From Candidatus Micrarchaeota archaeon (GTDB taxonomy: Archaea; Micrarchaeota; Micrarchaeia; Burarchaeales; Fermentimicrarchaeaceae), in assembly GCA_013425405.1 (NCBI GenBank), contig JACCLF010000047.1:3252-67251 (forward strand): DNA of 64,000 nt, given 5' to 3'. The notes below the pieces were generated by a model. The model ran no database searches. It was not told the origin of the DNA and saw only the letters and a program-made list of their open reading frames with translations. Position 1 is the first letter of the stretch, and each line of letters opens with the position of its first letter. Of this stretch, positions 63,727-64,000 are shown in pieces. The position numbers and the translations under genes are program-made.

Positions 63727-63780
63727 CTTAGCAGAAGCGAGCGAGAAACCCCACGCTCTTCAGAGGTGGGAGTATGTCAG
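63727..63780 (+). repeat. Solo IS605-end-derived hairpin element
   Basis: CTTAGCAGAAGCGAGCGAGAAACCCCACGCTCTTCAGAGGTGGGAGTATGTCAG. Loop and inner stem are of the copy-2 left-end type (CTC-TTCA-GAG). Confidence 0.8.
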
Positions 63781-64000
63781 TATGAAACCTTCTGGTGCTG
63801 CAACGAGAAGCCCTCCCTTGCTTTTCAAGCTGTCTGCGATGCGTCCGGCGGCATAGCCGAAAAAATTGATTAATGCTTTCATAAAAACGCCTTCTGCCGA
63901 TGCCCTCGTGTCGAATGAAGCCACGCAGGTGTTTCCAAGGGAGTTTGCGGGAATTTTGCCCAGGAAATCCTTTACTGCCTCAGTCAGTCTGCCACCATGC
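63760..64000 (-). CDS. Flavodoxin-like protein, 5'-truncated by the window edge
   Basis: Hand translation: ...RLTEAVKDFLGKIPANSLGNTCVASFDTRASAEGVFMKALINFFGYAAGRIADSLKSKGGLLVAAPEGFILTYSHL*. The last codons and the stop lie inside the repeat at 63727-63780. Confidence 0.5.
   Translation of the reverse strand, partial: HGGRLTEAVKDFLGKIPANSLGNTCVASFDTRASAEGVFMKALINFFGYAAGRIADSLKSKGGLLVAAPEGFILTYSHL

Noticed and set aside
1-64000. Whole-window scan for CRISPR arrays, rRNA genes, C/D-box sRNAs (RUGAUGA...CUGA in spacers), additional tRNAs, and rad50/herA/nurA, tnpA or integrase genes.
   Set aside because: No regularly spaced direct repeats and no rRNA-like stretches. C-box-like heptamers occur only inside coding regions. 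Only one tRNA was found. No Y1 transposase or tyrosine/serine recombinase motifs were seen.

Overview
This is an archaeal chromosomal segment. By eye it is about half GC. It has strong GGAGGTGA-type ribosome-binding sites, many ATGA-coupled genes, an archaeal histone and a tRNA intron of the bulge-helix-bulge (BHB) type. Most of it is tightly packed housekeeping. It includes an intein-containing PEP synthase that runs off the left edge and is missing from the ORF track. It also holds the full archaeal exosome superoperon (RNase P Rpp30/Pop5, proteasome alpha, SBDS, Rrp4/41/42, L37Ae, RpoP, Brix, Pcc1, prefoldin beta). Other housekeeping genes are AMP- and ADP-forming acetyl-CoA synthetases, the thiolase/HMG-CoA synthase/DUF35 trio, a glycosyltransferase cluster, SepF plus Orc1/Cdc6, RpoE'/Spt4, TyrRS, NadE, Bud32 and Kae1, S24e/S27ae/aIF5A and PurH. 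The accessory content is as follows. (1) Two intact TnpB-only IS200/IS605-type elements whose 3' ends carry a nucleotide-invariant omega-RNA-like scaffold. (2) Four solo single-hairpin repeats of about 52 nt that combine the left-end and right-end arms of those elements and sit exactly at gene stops. (3) An 83-bp MITE with terminal inverted repeats and a target-site duplication. (4) A GC-rich long inverted repeat. (5) An AT-rich orphan gene overlapping an intron-containing tRNA-Ala. (6) A three-gene pilin-like operon (class III signal peptides) with a vWA adhesin, wedged between bud32 and kae1. (7) A 621-aa pilin-signal protein whose C-terminal ~470 residues are roughly 18% cysteine, arranged in duplicated CxxC-rich modules. 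Items 6 and 7 are the best candidates for an undescribed surface or adhesion system. I saw no rRNA gene and no CRISPR array. All calls come from reading the sequence and from remembered family motifs. No searches were run.
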